From IMG/VR virus record IMGVR_UViG_3300040801_001492, positions 37,446-101,445 of that record: 64,000 bases of DNA. One strand, written 5' to 3'. Positions 40,301 through 49,100 of this stretch are shown one piece after another. The DNA comes from a virus. Every line of letters begins with the position of its first letter. Position 1 is the first letter of the stretch. The notes under the pieces were generated by a model that saw nothing but the letters and a program-made list of their open reading frames with translations, ran no database searches and was not told where the DNA came from. The position numbers and the translations under genes were made by a program.

Positions 40301-43300
40301 ATACCCGTCTTCTGTCTCTTACCAGATTCGTAAGGACGTAAAAAGAAAAACCTATATCTTGAATCTTCTGAGTTCATGTAAAGAGTATTCTGTATGAACC
40401 TCTCTATACCGCTTGCCTCAGAGGGATTTTCTATAGCATACTTTATAAGATTAACAAACCTCTTAACCGAATTAGTTTCTCCTAATGTCTTAGGTTTAAT
40501 AGCCTCATACCTATTCATAAACATAGCATAGGCATAACCACTCCTAAGACCATACTTAGCACCACTAATATAACGCTCTGTATGCTCATTATATAGATGA
40601 TCGCCTTTCTTATGTGTAGCTATAGTAACAGTCAGCTCATTAACATTATCTATACCAAAAGCAGATAATACATCCTGCTCTTGTAATAAATTTTCACCTT
40701 GTTTATTTTTTACAACTTTTACACCAGGATTGATATGGCTAATCTCAAAGGTATATGTCTTATTATACATATCTTCTCTGAGAGCAGTATATTCCTTGAT
40801 AGACTCAGCTAACACTTCATTTGCATATGTTTCAGCATCTGCATTAGACGCACCTGGATTCTTATCTTTAAAAGATTCTTTTAGTTTATCTAACGAAAAT
40901 CTTTCCTTACCTAATCCAGATGTAGTTGTTTTTGGTAATGGGAAGGAAGCATATATTATATTTTTTAAATTATCAACATCTAAACGACCCGATTCACTTA
41001 TTAAGGTAGGTTTACCATTCTCTCTGGTATAAACAACCATCTTAATATCTTCCTTAACAGATGTGGGAATCTCTGAGCCATACTTATTTACAGCCTCATC
41101 ATAAGTAACAGTTTTCTTTTCTGTTTTTAATTTTACACTACTATCATAAAACTTAAGCTGCTTACGTAAGATATTATCCGGCTCTAGTTGAGCAACCTGA
41201 TCAAAAGAGACTGACTTAAGAAGATAGAGATGTTTCTTATTATTATCTACTTTATAAGCATAGTTATTAACGAATGAATACCACCTACCTAAGTCAGGAA
41301 AATCTTTTATATCATTTTGATTGCCTTGAGATACTAGCCACGAATCCATACCAAAGAAAGGATGCTTAGCACTTTCATGCTCTTTAGCTACTTCTTTCTG
41401 TACTTCATGTGTCTCTGTTAGGTACTGCTCAGGTGACTCCTTAGCACCTTTCTCCTGCTTATCACGTATGATAGACGTTTCTTTCAAAGCAGTCTCATAT
41501 AGCTTCGTAATGCCTCCTAATAGCTTTGTTGCATTCTGCAGCTGCATAGAGTATTCTCTACTGAGAGGTTGTAATTCTTCTAAGTCATTATTTATTCTAT
41601 CTACTATAGCCTGTTCATCAGCTATCATAGCTTCTAGTCTTGCTATATTTTCTGGTAACCGTCCTAAGCGTTCTATAGCTTCGGGGTCAATCTTCTCAGC
41701 CTGTATACCTATATTACGCCATTGTGATGGTGATAATGTTTTACCAGCACCTAGCTTTTCATATTCACTACCACTAAGTTTTTTCTTCTGTGACATAGTA
41801 GTAGCAATAAGATTACCTATACGGTCTTCTTGCTCTATAGGAGTAAGAGTATTATCTGCTCTTATATCAGCTACCTGGTCAGCTATACCTAAGATATTAG
41901 CTGCTGTAGTATAATACCCCTTAAGAAGACCACGTAGCTTATTAAGGTGCTTACCTGTAATCTGCAGTCCTGCTCTACTAAGTTCTATCTTATCATCTGT
42001 ATCAGTAGCTAACTCTTGTAGCTTACTTCTAATATCATCAAATTGAGAAACATATTCTAATCCTTCTCGCTCTACATTCTCTTTCTCACGCTCTAACAGC
42101 TCTATCTTCTGCCTGAAAGCAGCTACACTATTTTCAAGTGTATTAATATTTTCTTGTATAGTAGTAGCTTCTCTGAGAATCTCATCCATATTCATAAACA
42201 TCTTATGAACAGTCTCTCCTTGATTACGTAGAACTTTAATAAGCTGTACCCTATCTGTCTTCTTAGAAGTGAGTAACGAACCTGTCTTTTTCAGTCCATC
42301 TAACTCTTTCTTAGCTAGTTTATCTGTCTGTTCATATAGATATTCTAAATATTCCTGTGCCCTTAGTATACGTTCTTCACGTGACTGTATCTGATTCTTA
42401 TAATCACTAATAAGAAGATTAATACCTCTAACAAATGTATCACGCCTAAGTTCGTTCTTTACTTCCTGAGGCGTCTTAATTATATCTATTCTATCTATTT
42501 GATAGCCTGCACCTTTATATTGATATGTATTATCACCGTTTATATAAGCAGTAGATAAACTAGGCTTACCTTCAACAACATTACCTTCAGTATCTAATTC
42601 ATCAACCTTAGTAGCTACTACTTGCATACTACCTCTAGTTGAAGGATCATCTGTTTTTACACGTACAGTATGCTTAAGCTTATTACCGTCCTTATCCGTT
42701 AATGATAATAGCATCTCACCTGAATGAAGTATAGGTACACCACCTACCTCACCAGCTTCAGTAGCTTGGTTAAATAATCCTTGCAGATTCTCGTCTAACT
42801 TAAGAATCTCATTCTGCTTATGTGTCTTACCTGCTAAATCTGAATCAGCATTTTGTATATCTTTAGTTTGGGTAGTAAACTCATCATATCTCTCCTGTAG
42901 CTTACTCTTAGTATATAAGTCACGTAATGCACCATAAGACTGTTCTAACGACTGCCTATGAGCATCAATATTTTCTATTGCAATATTTATATCATTGATT
43001 TCTGTCTGTGACAGCTTAGATTTATTATTCTTCAGCTCCTCTTTGAGGTCAGTAACCATCTGTTCAGTATAACCATCTTCAGTTGAACTGATAGATATGT
43101 TACCTGTATTAGCTTTATAGTTAGATAGGTTATTAAGAAGCTCATTAATACGCTTACTATGGAAGTCAGACATAAACTCCAATGATAACTTCTCATGCTT
43201 AATCATATTAGAGAATTGATTAAACACATCTTGCTGTCCTTTCTTAGGTTCTATGTTAAGAGTAAAAGGATGGTTACTCTCTACTCGTCTATGTATCTTA

Positions 43301-45099
43301 TCTAACCTCTCAGCAGTATCTACTAGTTCTTTACGTATTTTATCTACATTACCCACAATACCTTCTTCTTCCAGTTGCTTAGCATCAACCTCAGCCAAAT
43401 GGTTAATATGTGCTTTAAGAACATCTAATCCACCTTCAACCTGTAAGAATGGAAGCATATAGTTAGAGTTAATCATAAACTTAGCCTGTGCAGCCGCTTC
43501 AGCATCATTACGCTCCATAGCACCTATAGCCATCTGACGCATTAACTCCATCTTCATAAAAGATTCTCCAGCCTGCTTAACCTTAACAGGGTCTATCTTA
43601 TAACTACCATCTGCCTGTACTATCTTCTGTCCAGCTAACTTATGTCCTTCAGGATAAACTTCAGCTAAATCATTTATTGTTCTTGTATAGTTAAGGTAGT
43701 TTTCTCTCATTAGAGTTTGTAAACCAGGTGCATCCTTACGTTCTTGTTGACCAAAGAACCGTCCTAATGCTCCAGGTTGACGTGCTTGCTGTCCTTTAAG
43801 TACTCTCTCTTCCTGACGTATATCACGTGCTGTCTGAAACATACCCATACCACCACCTAAAACAGTACCTAAGAAGATACTCTTTTGCATCTCTACATCA
43901 GTAAGGTTATCTACATAAGCCTTGAGAGTGTTTATTAAACTACTGGCTAATTCTCTATCTTCACCTTCAGCAGCTTGTTTAATAGAAGCTTTACTGGCTG
44001 CATACTGCATACCTTCTTCCCAAAAGCCTTCACGTACTAAGTTTTGTAAAGCTGTCTTAGTATATCTGCCTGCTTGCTGTCCTTTAGTTAGTGGATTGAA
44101 TTGTGCTAATACTTCAGCAAAGTCTTCACCGAGTACTCTGCTTAAAGCACTTTTCTTAGCTCCTCTGGATATAGCGGTTGCTGATTTAGCAGTAGGACTG
44201 AAAGCATTAAACAGCCATTTCTGCTCGAATACATTAGAAGCTAATAGTATTCCAAAGTTTTTATTTAATGTACCTACAGCTGCTTCACCTGCTAGCTCAG
44301 GATTATTATACTGAACCATAGCATCTTTATATGCCTCTCCTGCTTCTGCAGCCGATTCAAACAATGTATTAAGTGTAACAGCTAAAGCATCATTAGTATA
44401 CTTAGCCATATTACCAGCATTAAGCCCAACCTTACCAGCTAACTTAGCTCCCTTACTACCAGTAGTAAATGATTTACGAATAGCATCACTGGTCTTCATA
44501 AGACCTGTTAATCCTTCACCTACTTTTAAAGCTCTTACAGCCTGACCCGGTGCTAACATAGCCATTAAGAAACCTACACCATCAGCACCTTCATTAGCCC
44601 AAAATTGAGAAGAAAATATATTATCTAATAAACTACCTTCACTGATAGCTTTCTTAGCAAATACAGGAAATCTATCCTTAGCTGATTCTTCTATATCTTC
44701 AACAGAGTTTATCCAAGCATTATCCACCATACGACCTATCTCACCCGCATCAAAACCTGTGGCAGCCCAATCAACGGCTCCTGTTAAATATCCAGGCATT
44801 TTAGCTATCTCAGATGTAGCTTTAATAGCTATTCTAGGTACAAAAGTAGCCCATCTCTGTCCTCCTGTTTGTGCCTGTGCTAATCTCTCAGGCACATCAT
44901 ACGCACTATATAAAGGCCCCAGTCTTCTAGCAGTTGACCTATGTATTCCCTGTGTAGGCTCAACTCCAGGCATAGAACCATAAGAAGCTAGTTTATTTAC
45001 ATCTAGATTTAAATCTTGTACTACTTTATGGAATACATCAGGATTAAATTTAGTATTTGATTCCTGTTGTAATTTTTTGGTGGATTCGTATAAAGCCAT
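31360..45099 (-). CDS. giant virion RNA polymerase polyprotein (crAss-like vRNAP) with two zincin motifs
   Basis: NRIPSQ and GSDFDVDKL (35290-35304) catalytic motif; HEAWH (39388-39402) and HEVLH (32623-32637); Gly/Ala-rich N-terminal region. Confidence 0.88.
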   Translation of the reverse strand: MALYESTKKLQQESNTKFNPDVFHKVVQDLNLDVNKLASYGSMPGVEPTQGIHRSTARRLGPLYSAYDVPERLAQAQTGGQRWATFVPRIAIKATSEIAKMPGYLTGAVDWAATGFDAGEIGRMVDNAWINSVEDIEESAKDRFPVFAKKAISEGSLLDNIFSSQFWANEGADGVGFLMAMLAPGQAVRALKVGEGLTGLMKTSDAIRKSFTTGSKGAKLAGKVGLNAGNMAKYTNDALAVTLNTLFESAAEAGEAYKDAMVQYNNPELAGEAAVGTLNKNFGILLASNVFEQKWLFNAFSPTAKSATAISRGAKKSALSRVLGEDFAEVLAQFNPLTKGQQAGRYTKTALQNLVREGFWEEGMQYAASKASIKQAAEGEDRELASSLINTLKAYVDNLTDVEMQKSIFLGTVLGGGMGMFQTARDIRQEERVLKGQQARQPGALGRFFGQQERKDAPGLQTLMRENYLNYTRTINDLAEVYPEGHKLAGQKIVQADGSYKIDPVKVKQAGESFMKMELMRQMAIGAMERNDAEAAAQAKFMINSNYMLPFLQVEGGLDVLKAHINHLAEVDAKQLEEEGIVGNVDKIRKELVDTAERLDKIHRRVESNHPFTLNIEPKKGQQDVFNQFSNMIKHEKLSLEFMSDFHSKRINELLNNLSNYKANTGNISISSTEDGYTEQMVTDLKEELKNNKSKLSQTEINDINIAIENIDAHRQSLEQSYGALRDLYTKSKLQERYDEFTTQTKDIQNADSDLAGKTHKQNEILKLDENLQGLFNQATEAGEVGGVPILHSGEMLLSLTDKDGNKLKHTVRVKTDDPSTRGSMQVVATKVDELDTEGNVVEGKPSLSTAYINGDNTYQYKGAGYQIDRIDIIKTPQEVKNELRRDTFVRGINLLISDYKNQIQSREERILRAQEYLEYLYEQTDKLAKKELDGLKKTGSLLTSKKTDRVQLIKVLRNQGETVHKMFMNMDEILREATTIQENINTLENSVAAFRQKIELLEREKENVEREGLEYVSQFDDIRSKLQELATDTDDKIELSRAGLQITGKHLNKLRGLLKGYYTTAANILGIADQVADIRADNTLTPIEQEDRIGNLIATTMSQKKKLSGSEYEKLGAGKTLSPSQWRNIGIQAEKIDPEAIERLGRLPENIARLEAMIADEQAIVDRINNDLEELQPLSREYSMQLQNATKLLGGITKLYETALKETSIIRDKQEKGAKESPEQYLTETHEVQKEVAKEHESAKHPFFGMDSWLVSQGNQNDIKDFPDLGRWYSFVNNYAYKVDNNKKHLYLLKSVSFDQVAQLEPDNILRKQLKFYDSSVKLKTEKKTVTYDEAVNKYGSEIPTSVKEDIKMVVYTRENGKPTLISESGRLDVDNLKNIIYASFPLPKTTTSGLGKERFSLDKLKESFKDKNPGASNADAETYANEVLAESIKEYTALREDMYNKTYTFEISHINPGVKVVKNKQGENLLQEQDVLSAFGIDNVNELTVTIATHKKGDHLYNEHTERYISGAKYGLRSGYAYAMFMNRYEAIKPKTLGETNSVKRFVNLIKYAIENPSEASGIERFIQNTLYMNSEDSRYRFFFLRPYESGKRQKTGIRGVVFGEYQMTPEGINDVEATAALEQFLSNKMWNFNNKLLKDNNTFIEYDVITVNGEQKLTTKTWNTKDGGYKGFLFSNKKSNTPKGTVNVRKTDVKNPYQLVNNPLYINQSIQLSTPGEVKENRAEQKQIDKKTKVAENAAKLQGFLKPKEKEEKPKAVGKIDMKKFQKKAPQETSGLTDGTLAHEEKTQVDDVNEEDAWGSLSDAQQKILLDTYQDLDAAKKEAKAFVKINNNQLDRSRSIVDNYEREQIDEQLAWFRERFPNFPIEVTDALPDVWGKLVDSSLVLIGSDAAKGTVIHEAWHVFSQVFMSDEEVNNLYTLTKKRLGNEELTDTEVEEILAEEFRIYMLAPQHYRFGKSEEAQLKKSWFTKLLDFILNVLNINRKADLPMIERFERLRMGSFVTPQRETRTTLDRIANVKEKESYIFLRDINFRFFQRLFGSDKYGAEALYNLEGNVSDIYRDIKVQYMLLQDSVSESKPMADTIVNNWTDFVKEHKRFLKQYRIQLAKVTEEDDRVGDTYSYKESYEVDLSEIVPEPVRLLIAGLTDVNYINGKTTPVISEYGAKSTAAFRRVLNILKNQLANVYTLDEMHRKLELLIPKFPELDTLITRLRLGEQGLSRSEFNLQNAFFKSFANNKNVPLIALFNHDGSFQLLNAASDKQGYLIKNKWQNNAQVSVGKKNSYSSRDSNGNYQINIEEFKKDYKANLRYNKDSDNRLDENLKVLDKLGILISDNKKDIYNKQLINDYLDTLYREVSEIKNKHIALSDLYDKRVIKNQKELDSLVDYAQNFFLNDSDLMYFNQNGDPEYSIALNSNISATVNALNSIYREGGEVVIPEAVEHLQPYDGTRGNLFTLHSQWVDAVLNNNQKIELAVLKGVKSQQGNSSDMNKANHGDYKRASFNAILRGYIPLLQAAERKPVYALKVGRPVDNVSRDAFKEMLANYLKDELVTSFAYFADPVNFGGDLRFYRDNIKTLRAFEFIYRMAPDKVRLKPPALEDFFNTNVDHNLTTEAQTNPEYLVGLADQFINKYSNYLDGSFDLFIDDLMEKTLYSLREDNIIYTETKTFSTGIEERNYVPGIDPQWLEEQGMKFDYSGALPQGDLNRMLLTALYNQYVGVTEQLKLFFGDIASYKDFNEFHTRTTGAASTKYRTNNSLAVNTLLNELYPRLDGRDRLNPDGVMGTVDKIVVDDVVVNNKDLSTIHDAYKDIMSTDAQSYATLDEYRDILVRNGMWGEAQERTYQYEMQKFALRLLDKPSTIFDIDESVFTDGVFSEHTNNKVPTEPMYRGEVIDIADLAALPIIKPMGFGRIANQDGIFVNQYFKTSTAPIFPSAIPDGEIFNTYLNMLSSQVGILTFTSAEKITMLTNPDGSIPQLEDDEYTIQSLSYDDFGIQLDVHDEESGKVTNSVQRNKLEFANLMELGVPVQGVGEDLMPEISEYKKLVNEIVADNRSTLLDDLGIAYNEESGLYTLPKENKDRFKSKIVDMFENRLMPNNVIDAIEIVMNSEHTIFDLLTTSDKIEEILIASVANNVIKRKNFGEMFIQESSLLYDDLKRYREGNRKLKFYRNEGGEIKAMQVMVSLPTAWIPWVKSLGGLTVLNVAIRERDTKLLGEDFFEMLNIPANRIPSQSINSLESMEIVEFLPHYHGAKVVLPPEITVKSGSDFDVDKLTTYLNEYDLKDRMKRPVRQDSNKNKQNRINEIIFKTLLHPGRFEDLVRPNTSDNLKKVVDKAYKGRKLTPVEEAMHSENKADLLAFWFNSQKALQMWGGKQNIALGAVQNTTHAFTQSNPIRLNNLIPLFFSGQETDTGYNVGLLEDSDGYNIGDNFSEFLNAFVDVRKDDFIFRLTDSFTFNAVAALNRTGIKKGVGIESIAYLFTSDVVKDYLKIRRANMNFHMTEPFYNHAPYKDYFGKKKFSSSKRKNRDEWYAAALTELVNKKNTSKSKLKNVPLRYTETLTSAIEEILSYGDQPVPDAVIDKYNKRKKQYNYQYLTKKQLSNINNESVELQIQALDNFMSYQLLGRQMSSVNRILRPDSTSTLAKHYTGIVAENFNRYRSISKLFDIPSIEEALNNSILTEQAWTRENIPNMYAWSSLLLQDPQLTEMFENLSVELKDWRLKNDPKDVDKISNNVKLQFFTFLITAAVSTDTFELQDIYKGLFTGDNSIPHRLLELERTNTEHIALKELKPLINSKVHKTKTTSKVNSVTTFQKNYDVHESDAIEGDIYSLWNEATPDMAQFVEHLIFHSLWQNGMQRSPLSYLHLIPNRIFMPFASQVIGMYNGLSMENKEKVINNFLTQMYQNNAYNTKLIPRTSFAFWYKGKNIKDRYEIYEDTKGFYDGKEYFTADVYVENPSNYKGKDESAAREVLLYKRVSGRTFKLIPKLGEQNRFIEFYPSETSEVKSILPANNYDPTAFATVNAEDILASSEDVKDYDEKNVNELLQIEAKKSKGLPYPTKINADNTTGDNKYRKYLDKGVSVNRMLRIIEKESENDLYKDLATNLKQITTIPWKLNEQAAEEFEYDGAFTFGRGYTNPTVHYRSDLNTDAFEETVLHEVLHGATLYQYINNNAFKERMNSLYKHVRSYEEQLSEDFKKRVNSPIELISYSLTNREVQEELKTIPALTEEEVVDNKQNIFARIVNDIINFFQSMFANTTKTIVDDTVLGQVLTASTLYINEVVGVTETDISSDEMMMGLFQDYLLDEVDMYQALDDMVIANLTRSEIEKEFRKLPMEEKRKIWRLEHEDDQKYDKFYRYETEQLRQTEMGLYTPSEFQFKGVSLKEVKQLIKDNKISEALGQALLDMQKQTNKGDVTSFVDYLTLNEPITDLNFFTDVDRMMKTSNNGILLWNNFNADQIVNNTKIKYFDDSRSAELVKQRFDDISNIKTMLTERPGEARGRYVLRVTKESGLDSSAIKESIAETNAKEIQKEPDNTGFTSEDLLRNFDKYYPDKAYLGRYEKLAFIDGLTQGEIEQMCGID

Positions 45100-45100
45100 A

Positions 45101-46765
45101 TTACTGTTGAGTTGTTAATGCTAATTTATTATAAAGAGAAGGATTATTTCTTATAATTTGTATATATGTATTATACATATCAGGATTAGATTCTAATAAA
45201 GTTGATAAATAATTAACAAAAGAAGGTAAAATACTTGGTTTTAAATCTGATATATATCCTACTGTTTCTGCTACAGTACCTGGGTCTTGAACAAAAACAC
45301 GTGCTGATTTAGATTCATCATCTTTTGTTGTACCTGTAATACCTAACATAAGACCTGCTTCTGGATTCATTGCAAATTCTTGAACTTGAATATCATCTTC
45401 TATTTGTTTTAAATTATCTTTGCTAGTTTTTTCTACAGGTTCAAAAGCTTCCTGATCTCTTAATATACTAAACCCTTTCTGCATGGAACTATTAATTTGG
45501 GTATTTATTTTTTTAATATCTGTAATCATATCAGGATTAGCAGAAGCTATGTCGCTAAATTTCCAAGTCATTATACGTGTATCAGGACTACCATATCTAT
45601 CTTTCATTTTATCTACTAAACGCCTTCTTAAAGCATCGCCTGTAATTTGCTTTTGTTCTATATCACTTAATTTAGATGTAATTACATCTCCTATTCCTGG
45701 AATGTTACCAAATAAGGCTTTTGATGCAATTAATTGTGAAAACTTTTGTGAATCTTTTCTTACTTCCATCAGGTCATCCACAGAACTAATATCTTCTAAT
45801 CCTAATTCTTTACCTAATTCTCTAGCAGCTTCATTAGCTTCAGTTCTCCAGGCTGGATTAGTTATAAATTCCTTATCTTTTATATCTATACCAGCATATC
45901 CAGCTGGTATAATTGGATTAGCTCCTTCTGGTACATTATCTGCTTCTCTTGCAGCTATAGGAATATAATCAGGATTCTGCATATAATCAATTCTTGTCTG
46001 TCCTATAGCTGAATAAGCACCTTGCTGTATAGCATCCATTACTACATTCTGGTCTAGATTAGCTAACTCAGGCATACTAGCTTGTATTTGATTAACCATA
46101 GCCTGTCCTTCAGGAGTCTGTAGAAAGTCTCTAACCTGGTCTTCATCCTGAAAGCCATACTGTATAATAGATTGTATAAAAGGCTGATTAGCTGAACGTG
46201 ATAATCCAGCATCTCTTAGTGTTTTAGATAGATTACTAAATACTGCTTCTGAATTTTTAACAATATCATTCCTATTAATAGGAGTAAATCCAAAATCAGC
46301 TCCTTGCTGCCATTCATCAAAACCTACCTGAGCAGGATTCTTAGTTGATAGGAAGTTAGCACCTAACTGCTGCCTCATTTGATTATACTGGTCTACTGCT
46401 TGAACTTTTTGTTTGTTATATCTATAGAAAGGATGTGACCTTTCTTTGGCTATCATAGATACTAATTCAGGGGCTGCTGCACTATAATCACCTTTATATT
46501 TGTTTTGTACAACATCAGTAATACCTTCTTCGAAGTCTGATATTTTTTTCTCTAATAGATTAGGATCATAAGTCTCTAAATCACCTATACGTGCCTTTTC
46601 TTGAGCTACAGCACCTACGGCAGTATCAAAACGCTCTTGTCTGCCTGCTACAGCTTGTAAAAATTTATCTTCAGCTTCAGGATTATACATTGAATATATC
46701 TCTGATTCTCCTTGCTGTGCATACCTATAAGGATTATATCTACCTGAATAAAAGTTCTGTCTCAT
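45101..46765 (-). CDS. virion cargo/ejection protein
   Basis: 554 aa, helical, Gln-rich, apparently Cys-free; between cargo gene and vRNAP. Confidence 0.55.
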   Translation of the reverse strand: MRQNFYSGRYNPYRYAQQGESEIYSMYNPEAEDKFLQAVAGRQERFDTAVGAVAQEKARIGDLETYDPNLLEKKISDFEEGITDVVQNKYKGDYSAAAPELVSMIAKERSHPFYRYNKQKVQAVDQYNQMRQQLGANFLSTKNPAQVGFDEWQQGADFGFTPINRNDIVKNSEAVFSNLSKTLRDAGLSRSANQPFIQSIIQYGFQDEDQVRDFLQTPEGQAMVNQIQASMPELANLDQNVVMDAIQQGAYSAIGQTRIDYMQNPDYIPIAAREADNVPEGANPIIPAGYAGIDIKDKEFITNPAWRTEANEAARELGKELGLEDISSVDDLMEVRKDSQKFSQLIASKALFGNIPGIGDVITSKLSDIEQKQITGDALRRRLVDKMKDRYGSPDTRIMTWKFSDIASANPDMITDIKKINTQINSSMQKGFSILRDQEAFEPVEKTSKDNLKQIEDDIQVQEFAMNPEAGLMLGITGTTKDDESKSARVFVQDPGTVAETVGYISDLKPSILPSFVNYLSTLLESNPDMYNTYIQIIRNNPSLYNKLALTTQQ

Positions 46766-49005
46766 TAGTCAGTATTTTCATAATATTTCAAACCTACATC
46801 ATATGGATCGCCTTTAAGCCAATTCCAAGTATTATAATCGTCAGGACGTGTTACTCTAGCATTAGGAGCTAACATCCTTAGTGTATCATATCCTCTACGA
46901 TAAGCGGCATTATCTGCAAAATAACTAGCTGCAGTCCTTGATAAGGCAGCTGCAGGATTACTAGCTACTCTCTGTGCCCTGTAAGCATTCTCTATCTCAG
47001 CATTCATAGCAGCTTCTTCAGCAGCTAACTGAGCATTAGTCTTATTAGCTTCCATGCGTAACATGGCATTAGTATTTACTTCATCTTGGAAGCTCTTAGA
47101 CCTACTCTGTCCTAATACTCTATTGACACCTGTATTAGCTGTAGTAGTAGTTCCTACTGTCTGTGTAGCATTAAGACCAGCATTACGAGCAGCCATAGCA
47201 TTCATTCTACGAGCCATAGTAGCATCTTCTTCCATTGTTAGTCTATCTCTAGCATAATTTACTCTTTCAGGAGCCATACGTCCTAAGTTAACTTTATTAG
47301 GCTTATTACGTGCTAAAGCTACGCTTTCTGCTATAGAACCAACACCTGATAATATATGTCCTAATGGACTAAGTGAAGGATTTTCTTCAGTACCACGTAC
47401 ACCTGCGTTAGGATCAATATCATCTTCCATACCTACTAAACTTGAAGTATCAATAGGAGCATTATCTAACCTAGGTGCTAATGGTTTAGGAGCTTCCACT
47501 CTATCTATAGTAGGAGCAGAGGCGGTAGGTGCAGTTAATGCATCATAGCTTCTTAAGGAAGCAAAATCAAATTCAGGTAATCCTATAGGCATATCTATAT
47601 TATAAGTTTGCATAAACCTTTCATTAGGACTAAGCTTTAAACGACTACCATAGTCTCTTTGCCCATATGGTATATATTCTGGTAAATCTATATAATTACC
47701 GTCTTGTTTCTTCGGAAGACATCCACCCTTCTTCATCTGAGTAGACTTCTCTTTCTCAGCATTATATAATTCTTGTGCTACTTTAGCATCAGTAAATTTT
47801 TTCTTTACAGCCTCATCAAGTAATGGATCAAATTTAGCCATACTTTGGTCTGTATTAAGTTTATATTTTTTACTCATCTTTCTTAAATCTTTAGCAAAAC
47901 CACTTTCTTCTGAGAAGACATAGGGAGCTTCTGCTTCAGGATCAAACCATACAACTTCTTTATCTTCGGTCATAGCTACTGGATGATTTTTAGTAATAGA
48001 TATAGGATTACCGTTCTTATCTACAGGAATACCACCACTTGAATCATCGTGTGAATCACCATCATAAGTTAACATACCGCCATATTTAGCTGTAGGTAAG
48101 TTATTTAATCTCATATTTAAATGTCTATTATGTTGCATTTCAGTTGCCATATCTTCTATACGCTTACGTTCACCTCTCTGTCCTAAGAAAGCTTGTGCTA
48201 ATCCAATGACACCAGTACCAATACCTTTCTTTAAAGCAGCAGTATTAGATTCCTTCATATAAGCATTAGGATCAATCCTACCACTATTTATCATATCCTG
48301 CATAGCCATATCGTTTTGACCAGCCCAAGTGTCAGTTAATTGCTCTGTTAGATTGATACCCATTGACATAAGGTTACCACCAAACTCATATTCAGGTTCC
48401 CAACCATGTGCTATAGCCTGAAAATATTTCTTTTGCTTATCTGTTAGTTGTCTTCCATGAGGTGGATTTTTTAACATCTCTTTAGCTTTTTGTGGTGATA
48501 TAGCTCCACCCTTAGCTTTATTCTCTATGATAGTATCATAATCATAAGCAGGATAGGCAAATTCCTTACCTGATGTTTTATCTATACCTGTAGTATATCT
48601 CTTTGGCTGCACAGGAAGAGTTTTAACATACTCAAATTCAGGGTATTTCTTATATACATCTGGTGTTAATTCATAACTTTGTCCTGACATTTCATATTTA
48701 TCAGGATACCTTTTAAATTCACTATATAGTGTTTTAGCAATCTCTAACGGATTAGTCTCCAAAGGAGCACTACTAATATCTAAATTATTGATAGGTTCAT
48801 CCAATAGAGGCCCCCCATCTTGTTTATCCCATTTACTAGCATTACGAGCAAAATTAGCTTTCTTCACCATAGCTGGTGAATATCTGCTTTTATTTGCTAA
48901 TACTGTCCTAGCAAACTCCTGTACACCTTTACCTCTCTTTTTAGCAGCCTTGGTAAAGGTACCTCTCTTAGAAGGTTTTATATTGATTTTACTTTTATTA
49001 GCCAT
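46765..49005 (-). CDS. virion cargo protein with basic N-terminal domain and repeated xxxGG motifs
   Basis: KINIKPSKRGTFT..KKANFARNASKW domain, GDSHDDSSGGIPV domain, Ala/Asn-rich C-terminus; ATG at 49005. Confidence 0.65.
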   Translation of the reverse strand: MANKSKINIKPSKRGTFTKAAKKRGKGVQEFARTVLANKSRYSPAMVKKANFARNASKWDKQDGGPLLDEPINNLDISSAPLETNPLEIAKTLYSEFKRYPDKYEMSGQSYELTPDVYKKYPEFEYVKTLPVQPKRYTTGIDKTSGKEFAYPAYDYDTIIENKAKGGAISPQKAKEMLKNPPHGRQLTDKQKKYFQAIAHGWEPEYEFGGNLMSMGINLTEQLTDTWAGQNDMAMQDMINSGRIDPNAYMKESNTAALKKGIGTGVIGLAQAFLGQRGERKRIEDMATEMQHNRHLNMRLNNLPTAKYGGMLTYDGDSHDDSSGGIPVDKNGNPISITKNHPVAMTEDKEVVWFDPEAEAPYVFSEESGFAKDLRKMSKKYKLNTDQSMAKFDPLLDEAVKKKFTDAKVAQELYNAEKEKSTQMKKGGCLPKKQDGNYIDLPEYIPYGQRDYGSRLKLSPNERFMQTYNIDMPIGLPEFDFASLRSYDALTAPTASAPTIDRVEAPKPLAPRLDNAPIDTSSLVGMEDDIDPNAGVRGTEENPSLSPLGHILSGVGSIAESVALARNKPNKVNLGRMAPERVNYARDRLTMEEDATMARRMNAMAARNAGLNATQTVGTTTTANTGVNRVLGQSRSKSFQDEVNTNAMLRMEANKTNAQLAAEEAAMNAEIENAYRAQRVASNPAAALSRTAASYFADNAAYRRGYDTLRMLAPNARVTRPDDYNTWNWLKGDPYDVGLKYYENTD

Positions 49006-49011
49006 AATTTG

Positions 49012-49043
49012 CAAAGTTATAAATTAAAAATGAATTTTCCAAA
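49012..49043 (-). promoter_or_regulatory. Bacteroidota sigma-A promoter driving cargo/vRNAP operon
   Basis: Minus strand TTTG + 20 nt + TAACTTTG, 6 nt before ATG. Confidence 0.8.
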
Positions 49044-49100
49044 TATTTTCGTATATATTTTATGTATGGTTTTCTTAGGTTTCCTAAGATTTTTATTAGG

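Noticed and set aside
49073-49089. Hairpin TCTTAGG-TTT-CCTAAGA as terminator of the muzzle gene
   Set aside because: The T-run lies on the + strand side, so the orientation does not fit the - strand transcript; function unclear
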